Shown here: one piece after another, positions 28,081 through 40,428 of the stretch | Layout of the letters: every line of letters begins with the position of its first letter | Numbering within the stretch: position 1 is the first letter of the stretch | Assembly: GCA_010093705.1 (NCBI GenBank) | Contig: MU006089.1 | Location: 1,490,455 to 1,554,454 of the forward strand | Origin: Patellaria atrata CBS 101060 | Taxonomy: Eukaryota | DNA: 64,000 nucleotides | Direction of reading: 5' to 3' | Notes under the pieces: model-generated | Seen by the model: only the letters and a program-made list of their open reading frames with translations | What the model was told of the DNA's origin: nothing | Databases searched by the model: none | Program-made: the position numbers and the translations under genes

Positions 28081-31000
28081 AGGGTGTGAGTGTTGATCAG
28101 ACGAACCATTAGAATTAAAACGCAAACAGGATTGCCCCTTTCTTGCATCTTGTCCAGGCGCTATGAAGGGTCTTTGATGCGGTGTGCATGCGATACGAAT
28201 AGGTAGTTGGCTCCATGATATGTGTTGCCGTTACAATTGAATGACCTTATAAATGAGATAGCAATTGCGACTCTCTTTTACTTTCGGATGGATCAGATAG
28301 AAAGTGCATTCGGGGCGTTTTACATACAAACGGTACTATGCTGAATGGAATACTTAGGCATTGGCCCGGTAACCGAGTCCCTACATAAGGTACCCGACGA
28401 TATCACAGTCGTGCGATGACAGTACAAAACAAAGTGACTACCTTACCGTACCCCTCTGCCTACTAAACTATAAAATGGAAAGTATTTGAACCCGTAATAC
28501 ATCGACGTCATCTTACGGCTACCACTCGGCACAATTATCCCCCATACTCGATAGTAGTGAGTCGAAAAGGGTTTACGCTACATTCCAGTCAAGTGCCTTC
28601 CGGTTACGTCAAGGGTCACTAGCACTTAGGTGGTGCTATGCGTGTAATGTACTCCGCGGGGGGGGAGGGAGGGACTAAATGAGACTGTACTGTAGACCGA
28701 GGTCGGGCCGTTTAGTTTTCTTTTTCCCTCTTTTTTTTTTCTCTCTAGATCGGGATGATGTTATGTTGAGTGAGTTGGATGTGGGATGGTGGGGTTGAGG
28801 GGCAATATTGGATTAAATGTCGGGTTGAGAGGGTTGACTGGGGCTGAATATACACTGTACCGGAGTTGGTTATATGGGAATGGCCTGACATTTTGCTGTT
28901 TTACAGCAGGAACCGGGCGGTTCAGGTTGTAGAACCTTTTTTTTTTTGGGGATACTGTGCATGTAGGTAGTTTGCAGAGTTTTCTTGATCCCCCAAGTAC
29001 AGTATGTTTTGATACTTACGGACTGGATTTTCATTGATGACGAGAGCTAGTCACATTGCTCTAATGAATCCAGTAGAGACGTTTAAATTTACTGGTGCTT
29101 TTCGGAAGCAATAGTGTCGGTTCTAGCGGGGTCATAACAAAAAAGAGTAACAGATGTTGATGCCCACGAGAAGCGACGACGGCGTACCAACCTGTTGAAG
29201 AATAGTATGCAGCTCTTTTTTTTTTCTCTACCATGAGCAGATACGGCATATGGTAGAGCGACACGTTCGGCAATAGACGGCATGTTGCAATGCTATTCGG
29301 TGGTGGCGGCGGTCGTGCTCGCTGTCAAGTAAGGATACCGCATATCTTGCATGTTCAGCAGTCTCTTAGAGGCTCATACGTGTTTCGCGTTTGGCGGAAG
29401 TCTTATGGAAAGGCTGATATAGTCTGAAGTTTCACCACTGGCACGAGTATAGTACTATCGTGTCAGTGAGCTCTGATGTTGTTTTGCGGCTGGTGACACA
29501 TCGCAGCATTCCAGATGTCCAAGCCACGATTTCGTACCCCGGCAGAGTGCTTTGATACGACGACTGAGCCTTCACGACTGTCCTCCACGTAACACCGCTT
29601 GGAGGAGCTACGAATGGGTATAAAAGATGGAGGGGCTGAACGAACCATGGTATAGAAATGTTGTCAAACTTGACTCAACATTGAATCGAAGGCAGACACA
29701 TTCTTATCATTCGGAGTAGTTAAGATGCTATGAATCCTGAGATGGACAACTGGGATGTAGCGCTAGATTCAGATCTCGCCGTTTCGGAAGGAATTTCCCC
29801 TCTCCCGTGCCAGTCATCTTAATAAGGTATCGTATATAGTCATAAGTGGATTCCGCATAAAATATTTTTTTGATTGGTTTGATGAGACAGGAGCGTGGTT
29901 AAGCAGCGACCCAATATGGCTGCCTGGCAGATTCCTACGCATGCAATTGAACGAGGATGGAGCTGTCTGGATGCTGCAGGGGAGACGTGTTCGTGGGGAT
30001 GGGCCGGGCAAAAAGGTGTCAACTTTGTCCGTGGTCGCTATTATTTTGCAAGATATTCTGGATGGAAATGCGGTGAAATGGGAGATACATGAGGTTCGTA
30101 CTGCACCACTATAATGAGCCTTGGCAGACGCCGTACAGTTTTGTTCCCGGCGACATTACGAACAGCCACTGCTCCATTTCAGATGATCCTCTCCGTTCGT
30201 TAAACGAATTTCGTCAGGTCTGATCATTATTATTGCGGTCTGCACGTGGAATCGTACTGTGTGTCGTCCTGACGGATAAACTCGTGAGCTCTATACCCGA
30301 TCTGTAGGGACGTCCTCTCTTGCATGTAGTGCGAAGTCAGCTACGCTCCCTTCGGTATGACCCTTTCAATTTTTTTTTATTTTTTTTTTTTGGCTTTGTT
30401 GAACCGTCCTGGTGGTCTCTTCAGCTTTTCTCAGGTCAGCGAGTTTGCCACAAAGCTCCCACAAATCAGGTGAAGGCGTATTATTTGAGTCTATCAAGTC
30501 TTGAAGATCTGAGGGGTAACGGCTGGTCTGTATACGAGCAGATGACGACTGGTGGGACACAGCTGTATGACGCTGCCAACGACGAAAAAGTTTAACGACG
30601 AGCATCTAGAGACAGTTTGTGATGTTACGGTCTAGTTCTAGGGCGGAGAATTTTCCTACAAGTTCGGAGTTGAGGATGTGCCCAAAGTGGAGGTCCAAGA
30701 TTCACGAACAACGACCTCGATGAACCGATGCCGACAGCACCCGTCAAGTTGCATCCACCTTTATTGTACGGCTCCTGAGTAAAAAGGACGATGGCAGTAT
30801 CAGAGACCGATGATCCGTGAAGTGCGTACCAGTAAGCTCACGAATTTCACGATGCCCATCTCGCTGTACTCGAATGAGACTTATCTTCGGACCGTGTTCA
30901 TTGGCCAGAAGTCATAATATACATGTACTTCTGTACAGACTCGGTTTAAGCTGAGGGCTTTTTCTCACATCATCACCGACACATGTACAGTAGCAGATTG

Positions 31001-33345
31001 AAGATCCGTGATGCAGGCGTCCACAGCGTCTTCTCGACTCAAGCTGCAGAAAGTGTCCATAACTCCATACTCAATTCTGCAGGTACTTTTTTGGAGTATA
31101 CTCCCATCAGGTCTTGTTTTATCATCAAGCAACCCCCTGGCCAGCGGGCCGGACCTCTTTGAATACTGGGCGTGACTTGTCAGAGTTTGCGCTGAAATCA
31201 TTTTGGGGAGTTGGTTAAGGTTTTTGTCCTGTAGAGTGCTCCAAGCGTCTTTTGGAATGTAAACGCGAAAAGCGATAGAATATCCGAAATATTTTACTGT
31301 AGACCTCTGGAACTACTGTATGTTGAATCGCTTTACGCAATACGCGAACTGACCCACCCCCACCAGAGCCAAAATCCTATCTCGATTGCATCTATGATAA
31401 TTGTTCCAGTACCTGAGACCCAGTCCAGTATGGTACAGTAGATTACCGTTCGTTAAAAACAAAGAGAAATCGTATCAACACAACAGGCTGCGCGGTCAGC
31501 GGCGTGACGTCTCCGGACTCTACTCCAATAATAAAGAGACTGCACTGCGAATCACTGCGCAGGCGGTGAGATGCACCTTTCCAATTTGTGCTGTAAGTTC
31601 TACCGTACGACGTGTCTCTCCACCCCTTCAGTCAGAATTCAAAAAGGGGATCACGGGGATCCACCGAGAAAATGATGCGGAACGGTCTGCTGGTGGGCCA
31701 TGGCTGTGTGCGGAGTTTTACGATTCCTTAAATGAATAATTCAACAGCCCTTGTTGGTCTAGTGCACAATTGGCCGTCATGTTAAAATGCTTCCACTGAT
31801 GTTAAATGTGGACTTTTGAAGCCCATACTGAATGAGGTATAGAGAGAGTCATAAAAATCCCTTTTACCTGTGAGTGAAGGTGAATCTCACAAATGGAGAA
31901 ATCCTTAAGCCAGGAGTCTGAATATCTTGGTTATGTTTTGTGCTTGACGGTACGGTAGAGTAATGGAATTATGGAAATAATAATAATAATAATCCGATTA
32001 GAATAATAATGTTTCGCTTCTCATCAGTTGCCGCCGACCGCCAAAAAGGAAAATCTTTTGGCAAGTATGGCAACCGCGAATGGATGGAGCCAATCCCATG
32101 AATGCACCTTCCACGAATCCACGGCCATGCCAGAATTTTTCCTTGCTCGGTTGCTCCCTCCAACCCACAACTTCAAGAAGGTGCCCCCCCCCCCCGGTCA
32201 CCCATAGGCTTGTGCTCTTTCCTTACCACTCACCTCGACTCACACGCGCACCCACCTTACTCTCCTGGTCCTGGCCTCGCTTTTGTCACCCCCTTGGGCC
32301 TCTTCCCGTCACTCACTCTTTCTCCCCATCAACTTACCTACACAACAATTTGTTCCTTCTACTCTCCCTCCCCTTCTCCCCACTCCCACCGCCGTTCTTC
32401 CCTCTCCCTCTTCGAACACCCTTACCCCGTTCTTTCAAGGCTTCAGCTTTGCGACTGCCTGGAGCGCTGCTTTTATTCAGCCTACGAATTCCCTTCGCCT
32501 CCGGTCTTTGTTGAAAGTTCGCCTTCGAAACGCCTTGGGTGGCTCTTTTTGCGGCATCACTTACAATACCTCACCCGACCACACTCCATCACCGAACTCG
32601 ATCGCGACATTTCTATCGATAGCATTAGTTAGGCCAAAGGATCAATCCTGAAATCATCGCCACTGCATCGTCGTCTTTTATTTCAAAGACACTCCTCGCA
32701 GCTCAGCCTCTATTCGCTTGTTTTGCTCTTGGTGATAGACTGGCGTTTCAACGTTTAGGTGCACTGCCGTGGTAACGCCTCCAGCTCAGCTCTAACACAT
32801 CGAACCTATACGAAGCTCATCCGACACGCCGATACCCATTAGACTTTTACCGTTTTCAACTTCTCGTCGTCCAAAGACTTTTGATTTCATCTTCTGAGCG
32901 TTCTCGTGAAATTCATCGTCATCTCCTACCGGGGTCCCGGGGAAAATTTCAATTTATCTCATCAACATTCAACGACAAGTCGCTTCAACCAAACCTCCGA
33001 TACAACGGTCAAACTCCGTCAAAGCGATCTATTAAGTTAGTTTCGCTTCTAAGGAATCTTGAGAACATCCATCGGACTTACGGTAACCGCCCACGCCCAA
33101 GGACGTCAATTGCCACTTAACCCGACACGATTTTTCAGATCGCAAGCATTGGCAGCATCAAACATCTGTCACTATAATCATCGTGGACGACTGAGAAAGT
33201 TCTATAATATTTTTCTTCCACAAGAACTATACAGTCAACATTAGTTTCTGCTTCGCACTACAGCACGACAGACTCGTTTTGCTCATACGACAATCTCTAA
33301 TCCAACGAAAACCTCTCCCCAATCAAGCGGACAAAAATTTTGCGC

Positions 33346-33363
33346 ATGACAGTCACCTATTAG
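33346..33363 (+). promoter_or_regulatory. uORF (MTVTY*) in the cyclin 5' leader, upstream of a 5'-UTR intron (33390-33497)
   Basis: ATG ACA GTC ACC TAT TAG. It is the only ATG seen between 32130 and the main start at 33544. The intron has GTGAGC donor, CTAAT branch and CAG acceptor. Confidence 0.6.
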
Positions 33364-33543
33364 CAACCTTACAGACAAACATCGAGACCGTGAGCGTTCG
33401 CTCAGAGGTTTTCCTCGGGTTGAGATAAAAGAAACGGTTGGTAGAACCCCAGAAATCTCATCGGTTTTCTAGACTAATAAAACTGTTGTCCTACCAGTGC
33501 GAGCGCACTGTTTCTTTTACTTCCCGGCGACTTCGCAGAAAAC

Positions 33544-35007
33544 ATGCCATCCTTTTTTACGCGCAACATGCCTCGGCAGCAACTTCCTCTTACTCCCCCA
33601 GAATTCGTACCTAGCTACAATAACAACGGTTGTGGCAATATGCAGTACCAGCTGAATACGTATTCCAACCAAGGTCGTCTGGGAAGCCATGATGAGGGTA
33701 GATATGATATGTCACATCGATACCAACCGGCGTCGTTGCCAGCTGCGCCCCCTATGGCATACCAGCAGCCTGTCGGATATGCTCATTCAACCCATATTCC
33801 GACCGGCCATTCCTTCTACGAACCTGCAGGAGCAACGAGTTTGCCACCAATGCGCATGCAAGAACAGCCTTCTGTAAACAATGGCGGCTATCAGCATCAT
33901 CGCATTGAGGAAAACCGACACCTCGAGCAGCCTCGAAAGGAGGAAAAGCCCGTTGGCGGTGTGTCTGCAAAGTTAGATTACGACATGGAAGTCATGACAG
34001 ACTTTGTTTCTGAGATGACGCAGGGAATGTATGATCTCCTTCAGACCCCTATCTGCATGTCAGATATTGACATTATTCGAAGCGTTCAACCAGGACGGGC
34101 CATGCCTCCGCCGTTTCGCAAGTGGGTAAACCAAGTACTTTGTGCTACCCGTTTGCCGTCCGCGACCATATTGCTCAGCTTGCATTATCTATCTGTTAGG
34201 ATGCAGCTCTTGTCGAGAGGGGGGCATTTCGTTGCCACAGACGGTCAAATTTATAGACTTCTAACTATTGCGATGGTACTCGGCAGCAAGTTTTTGGATG
34301 ACAATACTTTCATTAACCGGTCTTGGTCTGAAGTCAGCGGCATCAGTGTCACTGACCTCAATAAGCTGGAAACTGAGTGGTTGGTTGCCATCGAGTTCAA
34401 ACTTCATCGCGATCCTTCCGAGCAGCAAGGCTTCCTCTCTTGGCATGATCATTGGAAAGACTACGAGACCCAGTCCGTGACACAGTCTTCACTCAGACCT
34501 GCGAAACTGAGCCCGATCGATACCAACGTTCAACGTCAGAATTCCGTTCACAAGCCGTTCTCTCCTGGTATATACCAGCAGCCTTATAATGCACCGGTGC
34601 GCCAGGATAGTATTAGGGCCCCGCAAACACAGTACAATGCGAATGCCTTTACCCAATTTGATCCTTGGCTTGTGCCTCGATCAACTGCGGATACCTCTCC
34701 TGCTTCTGCTCCCCATACCGGTCCCACTACGCCTGAATTTTACGGTGGTCCAGGGACCTGGGCTCCTCCGGAGGGTTACTCGCGACGAACAATGTTTGGA
34801 TTCCCGGCATCGTCTCAATCTCATACCCAGCCTTCTCAACAGACCTCCACTTACAATAATAACCTTACACCATTCACTCCCCATTTCACCGCTCCAGCTT
34901 GGGGTAATCACGGCCATGCTTATGGCTGCACCTGTTTCTCATGTTGCCGTCAGCATCCGAGTTATATGATGGCCCCTGGATTTGGTCCCCAATCAGTGGC
35001 CGGCTGA
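33544..35007 (+). CDS. Pho85-type cyclin-like protein of the Clg1/Mug80 family
   Basis: GGVSAKLDYDME, FRKWVNQVLCATRLPSATILLSLHYL, LGSKFLDDNTFINRSWSEVSG cyclin box with low-complexity flanks. Confidence 0.88.
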   Translation: MPSFFTRNMPRQQLPLTPPEFVPSYNNNGCGNMQYQLNTYSNQGRLGSHDEGRYDMSHRYQPASLPAAPPMAYQQPVGYAHSTHIPTGHSFYEPAGATSLPPMRMQEQPSVNNGGYQHHRIEENRHLEQPRKEEKPVGGVSAKLDYDMEVMTDFVSEMTQGMYDLLQTPICMSDIDIIRSVQPGRAMPPPFRKWVNQVLCATRLPSATILLSLHYLSVRMQLLSRGGHFVATDGQIYRLLTIAMVLGSKFLDDNTFINRSWSEVSGISVTDLNKLETEWLVAIEFKLHRDPSEQQGFLSWHDHWKDYETQSVTQSSLRPAKLSPIDTNVQRQNSVHKPFSPGIYQQPYNAPVRQDSIRAPQTQYNANAFTQFDPWLVPRSTADTSPASAPHTGPTTPEFYGGPGTWAPPEGYSRRTMFGFPASSQSHTQPSQQTSTYNNNLTPFTPHFTAPAWGNHGHAYGCTCFSCCRQHPSYMMAPGFGPQSVAG

Positions 35008-36805
35008 TTACCTTCAGTCAGGGCCTAAATTGCTACCGATAATTTCTTGTTAATACCTCTCGACCTCTCGTTTTCGATCGTCTATATCATCCATCGGCGT
35101 GGCGTTGTATGGCTTATTTGTTTCTTTCAGCGATGTTCGATTTCGAAAAGTTCTTGGTGGAGTTGTCACTCAAAAGCGGGTGCATCGTGAGCTCGGCTTG
35201 TTCATATTCCCCGGTCCGTGGCATTATCTCCCGGCGGTTCGACTAGTTGACCGCGTTGGCAGCCACGACTACATCTGAGGTTTTCCTTCTTCGTCGTTTT
35301 AACTTAGGACTTGGCGGGGCTTTCTATTTCCAACTTCTAACGAAATTCGGCACTGGGCATGTTAGATCTCCTTTGTCTCCTTGACTGTTTTTCATATGGT
35401 CAGTTCTCGATAGAGTGGTTTTTTTTCCACGGGTCATTGGGTTTGGAGCTCAAAACTGAGCTACGTCGGTTTTCCTGGGTGCTTTTTCGGGATTTGTGAA
35501 AATTGTTTTGCGTGCACGATTGTGTTTGAAATTTTGTCATCAGGGGTTTCTTATTACTCTTCAGTTCTACGGGCCATGGTTTCTCCCCTGCATGGTCCAG
35601 GTTGTTTATTTTGACTTGCTTTTTGTGGCATTGCCGCAATTCTTTCGCACGATATGAGTATTGTATTTCGTGCCTTCTCTTTAAGGAACTTTGACGTCTT
35701 CCCTTCATCTGCATATGTTCTTGACGGTTATAGGCTTTTGCTTGGTATCAGTTTCTTGCACCCCCCTCGTTTATGAGTAGTGTCTTGTAATGCACATCTT
35801 GAAGGAATAGATGCAAATCAGTTGGCTTTTCCCTTTTCATTCTGGCATTGGGCAAGGTTAGGGAAATACGAGGGAAAATAGAGGCCAATAGTGGTAGCAT
35901 TCTGGAGCTACCATGACCTATTGGATGGAAGGAGAATATCGTCGATTTCCGCTCGCTGAAGCGACCTTCGATAGAAAATAAAATGGTCCCCGGGGCCGCA
36001 CTTCATCCAACGTACTTGATCTCTCGGTTTTCAAAGTGCATCCCAAAGTCACGACAATCATCTTCGGGTTAAGAGTAACACCTAAAGAGTAATACCTACT
36101 GGTGCTGACGATTGAGCTTGATGAGATAGCGGAGTTTTTAAGCTGAACCTAATATTTTTAAAGGTTCCTTGGGAATATGCGGATAAGTACAATTCTTTTT
36201 TGATGAGATATCGTCCATGTCAATAACTTTTTATTGCAGAGATCGAGTTCTTTTGACCCTTGATCCTTTCGGGCGAACTTGTATGCACTAGACAAGAGTA
36301 CTCACTCCAACCATGTTACCAGTTAGAGAGGTCGCCCAATCCCAATCGTTCCCTATCTGTACGGTAGCGTTGCGTGTAACATAGTAATAATCTTTCCCTA
36401 TGTCCGTCCGTCTACCCGATGACTACCGTACCACGTAATAAGGGATCTCATACCCTCTGGGTTGACAAATTTTTGTGGTTGGAACAAAGGAGTTCATGTC
36501 CAGCTCGCTACTTCACTATCTTCACATGTCCGTTTTCGGGAGCGAGAGTGAGATGGAACTAAGGTTTATAAAGATCCAGAAGCGGTCGGAATCACAGACA
36601 ACCGAGCTTCATGATGATTTCTTTGACGTCTTTGCCACGTAGAGATGGATATTTTCTTTGAAGAGCAACTGAGCCCCAATAGCTTTCAAGACGGACTATC
36701 TCATACCCCTGACCCCTCGCGACTACGCTCGTTGCTAAGTTTAACCACCAGGCGTTCCCTTTACAGCCTTGACCGATTCGTAGCGGCAGCTTACAAGCAG
36801 CGATT

Positions 36806-39528
36806 ATGAACATCTCCCTCAGCGAGTGTCCGGAGCCTTTTCAGGAGGAGAGGAATTACCCCAGGACTGGAGGATGTAAGTCTAGATATTTATCTCAGTT
36901 AGCGGTGTAAATCCGTTTTGCTAATACACGCGGGTAGACATCCCAGGCAGGTATTGCGGTGCCAGCCCTATCAATAAGGATGTCATCTGCTGCTTGCCTT
37001 GCCCTATTCAGCAATGGGTGTTTCCTGACAGTACGTTCACTTCTACATTTCACACGCTTGGTTGATCTAACTGGCCTAGACTACATCACAGAGCTCAGAA
37101 TTGTTGATTGGATTGGACTTGCATCGCTATGCCTTTGTATCTTTTTGCTTCTGTCATATGCAGTGCTGCCGCCGGAGAAAAGTCATAGACATTATCTAAC
37201 AGTGGGATTGGTCATGGCCATTACATTGGTACAGGTTCGTACAAATAAGTTCCATCTTTTTCTTCTACCACATATGTACTACACGAAGGGAAACATTTTA
37301 CCGGCGACTAACTTCTACCCAGATAAGTTTCGTCATCCCACTGGCTACCGATCCGGAATTATGCACCAACGACATCACTCCGCGAGATCAATACGACTCG
37401 CTCTCCTGCGCATGGAGCGGCGCGCTCGTACTCGCCGGTGCGATAGGAATAGCAGTCTGGGCCACTCTCCGCAGTCTCTGGCTCCATCTAAGCATCGTCT
37501 GGGACGTGGAGCCGGGAAAAGTCTTCACATATTCGGCTATATCGGCCGGTGTATTCGTTCCTGCTGCCATAGTAACCGCGTGTCTCTCGGTAACGGGCGT
37601 CAGTTTCAGGATGGGTCAGGTGTGCTTCCCAAACCAAAGGCACACTTACACGACTTGGTGGGGATGGCTTTTGACGTTCGCGGGCCTGGCGTTTCTGCTA
37701 CAGGTCGGGACGGTGGTTTACGCGCTCTTCGTGTACGTGAGGTTCGTAAAACGGCAGAAAAGGGGTGGTAAGGGCTCAGGGGGTTATACTGGTCGTTCTT
37801 CTGCTGATTTCAAAGAGCTCGATGGAGATCGTGCAGCTTCCGCTTTGCGACAGGCAACTTGGAGGAAGGTGAGGCAGTTGTTCTTGATGCAATGGAGGGG
37901 TATAGCGATCACCATGTGGATCATCATCCAAACGGCGTACTTCGTAGCGACGTTCTGGGGTCAAGACGTCAAGTTTGGAAACTTTGAGAGTAATGCGCAG
38001 GATATCGCTGCGGCGCGCAAGTGGAGTATCTGTCTCATCTTGAACGGTGGAGATAAGAGACAGTGTCTGAAACTGGCGGAAGGCTTGATGATTAGCAGAG
38101 AACAGGTTCTGGGGAGTTTAGCGTTCGCTGCTGTATGTTGCCCCTATCTCCCTTATTTTCACCACACAGAAAGAACACCGGGAGACCGAGAAGCATATAC
38201 TGACGCTATTACTCTAGCTTACCGGCTTGACCGCTTTCCTCCTCCTCGCGCGTCCATCGATGTTCTCCGCCTGGTACGACCTCTTGGTAACACCCATTCA
38301 ACGCTACATCGCCCGCCGCCGCACCCGCAACTTCCTAACCTCGCTCGACAACGAGCCCGGATTTGGGGCCTTCGGCTTCGACAACGAGTTTCATCCGAGA
38401 CCCACGACTGACGCGGACAAAGACGCCTTCCTCGCCACCACCACTCTAAACAAAGGATGGCAGATCACCGCATCTAGCCATGCGACTTCTAGGGACGCCA
38501 CACCCCTACCCGAGAGCCCAAATCTCGTCCCAGTGAGTAATAAAGAGGGGACTACAACACCGGTACCGGCAAGCAGGGTTATGTCGACCGGATCTCTAGA
38601 CCTGAAGAAGGGGAAGCACCGACAGTCCGCGACGAGCGGGGCCCCGCTATTTACTCTCGAGAAGAGGGAAGGTGAAAAGGGTAGACTGGCACCGATCATC
38701 ATCGATCATGATATGGGGTGGGATCCGGAATTTCAGAGCAAGGAAGGGACGGTGGATGCCAACGCGGCGCCAGCATCAAAGGCTGCGGCGGGACAGAGGA
38801 AGCCGAGCAAAGACGGCTCAACGCAGATGACGATGCAGCAGATACAGGAGCACAGGACAGAGAAACAACTCCCACCCGCGCCGCTGGGAAGCCATCCTCC
38901 GAGTCAGGTCTGCGAGCCTCCACCTGACTTCCTCGACGCAGCAGAGGGAGCTCCTCCGCACCATACTCTCCCCTCATCCCAGACCCCCGGCACCGCGGAC
39001 CGCAAAGACAAAGACGACCCCGTCATCCACGCCCCCCGCCGCGTCTCAGAGGATTCCATGATAATCCTCCCCGCACCCCGCGATCCCACGACCCCCTCAA
39101 CCGTACCAACCCAGACGCCAGCCGATTCCAAGACCACAAGCACACAACCGCACCCGCAAACACACCTAATAGACCTCTCCTCCCTCTCCGGCTTCCTAAC
39201 CCTACCCCCCTCCCCTCCTCCGCCGCCCAAACCCCAAACCCCAACAGCCAAACTCCCGCACCCGCCGTCCCTGATGATCCCCCCGCCTAAACCGACGCCG
39301 GCAGATCACGTCAGGAGCGCGAGTCAGAGCGGGGATGACGGACCGCTCTGGCTTCGGAAAGAGGAGGAGGGCCGCACGGTGCCGGAGTGGGATTTTGGGT
39401 TCGGGTCGAAGAGGGCAAGCGGGGCGACGCAGGGACCAGGTCCGGAGGATAGGAGAGGGAGTGTTGCGAGTTTTGGTGCTGGGAGTGGGTCGAGGAGGGA
39501 GAGTGGGGGGATTGGGAAGGCGGTTTGA
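36806..39528 (+). CDS. Fungal 7-TM G protein-coupled receptor (GprM-like) with long Pro-rich C-tail; introns approx. 36876-36937, 37031-37079, 37234-37322, 38133-38217
   Basis: Spliced N-terminus MNISLSECPEPF..GRYC..CCLPCPIQQWVFPD, LLSYAVLPPEKSHRHYL, CTNDITP..CAWSGA, LRSLWLHLSIVW, QWRGI, WSICLILNGGDKRQCL; several hydrophobic helices. Confidence 0.8.
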
Positions 39529-39576
39529 GGTTTGAGGGTTCAGGTGACGACAACGAGAGGGATTTTTTTTTTTTTT

Positions 39577-39676
39577 NNNNNNNNNNNNNNNNNNNNNNNN
39601 NNNNNNNNNNNNNNNNNNNNNNNNNNNNNNNNNNNNNNNNNNNNNNNNNNNNNNNNNNNNNNNNNNNNNNNNNNNN
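39577..39676. other. Assembly gap (100 N) flanked by poly-T
   Basis: Run of n directly after a T homopolymer. Confidence 0.99.
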
Positions 39677-40428
39677 TTTTGGCTTTTGCATATAGATCTG
39701 TTAGGTTGGGGTTACGAGGGGGTGATGTAGAGACGTCTTCATGCGTATCATGCTGTTTTGATACCTTGGTCTGAACGATTAGGATACGGCCTTTTCTCAT
39801 TCTTAATAGAGCGTAACGGATACAATGTCCCAACCTGATAAGCATAGTCAATGCTTCCTTACGGATAATCCGTCCTCATCACTTTAAAGGAACCGATATC
39901 CATATCCATCGACCTCAGGAACCGATTCGAAACCGCAGCCCTATGTAAACCCACCTAATGGATAAAAAAGCACACGGCACCTAAATAAAAGTGACTAACC
40001 TCACGTCCCACCCCGCTACGTAAAAAACACTAACGCTCCCTCTACGCAAACATACAAATCACGCACTACCCTCCCACACGCCGCTCAGGAGCCGGATCAG
40101 ACGTTGTGTGAGTAATCCAGTCCCCCGCCCTATACACCCCGGGCCGATGGGGATCCGGTTCTTCACTCGGGTTGGTTAGTACCAAAGCTCCTTTCGCGCT
40201 CGGACCGGTCGGCGCCTGGAATTCTTGCTGCTGCTGACGCAACGGTGGTTTCCCTCGTACAGGCACGACATCCACTCCCTAGAGGAAAGAAAAAGAATTG
40301 TTAATACAACCAAAAATAAATAAATCAAAGGAAATAGCAAGCGTGGTTCGGGTAAATTCCGACGCTAAACATACCAATACGCAAGGAAAAGGGGAAATAG
40401 TGCGTGGAGAGGGACAGGGAGGATTCTC

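Noticed and set aside
28476..28545. Minus-strand A-box-like GTGCCGAGTGG and B-box-like GGTTCAAATAC suggesting a tRNA or Pol III gene
   Set aside because: The B box is mismatched, and no acceptor stem, anticodon arm or cloverleaf can be built.
32080..32651. Pro/Leu/Ser-rich ORFs upstream of the cyclin
   Set aside because: Explained by the pyrimidine-rich promoter/leader composition rather than coding.
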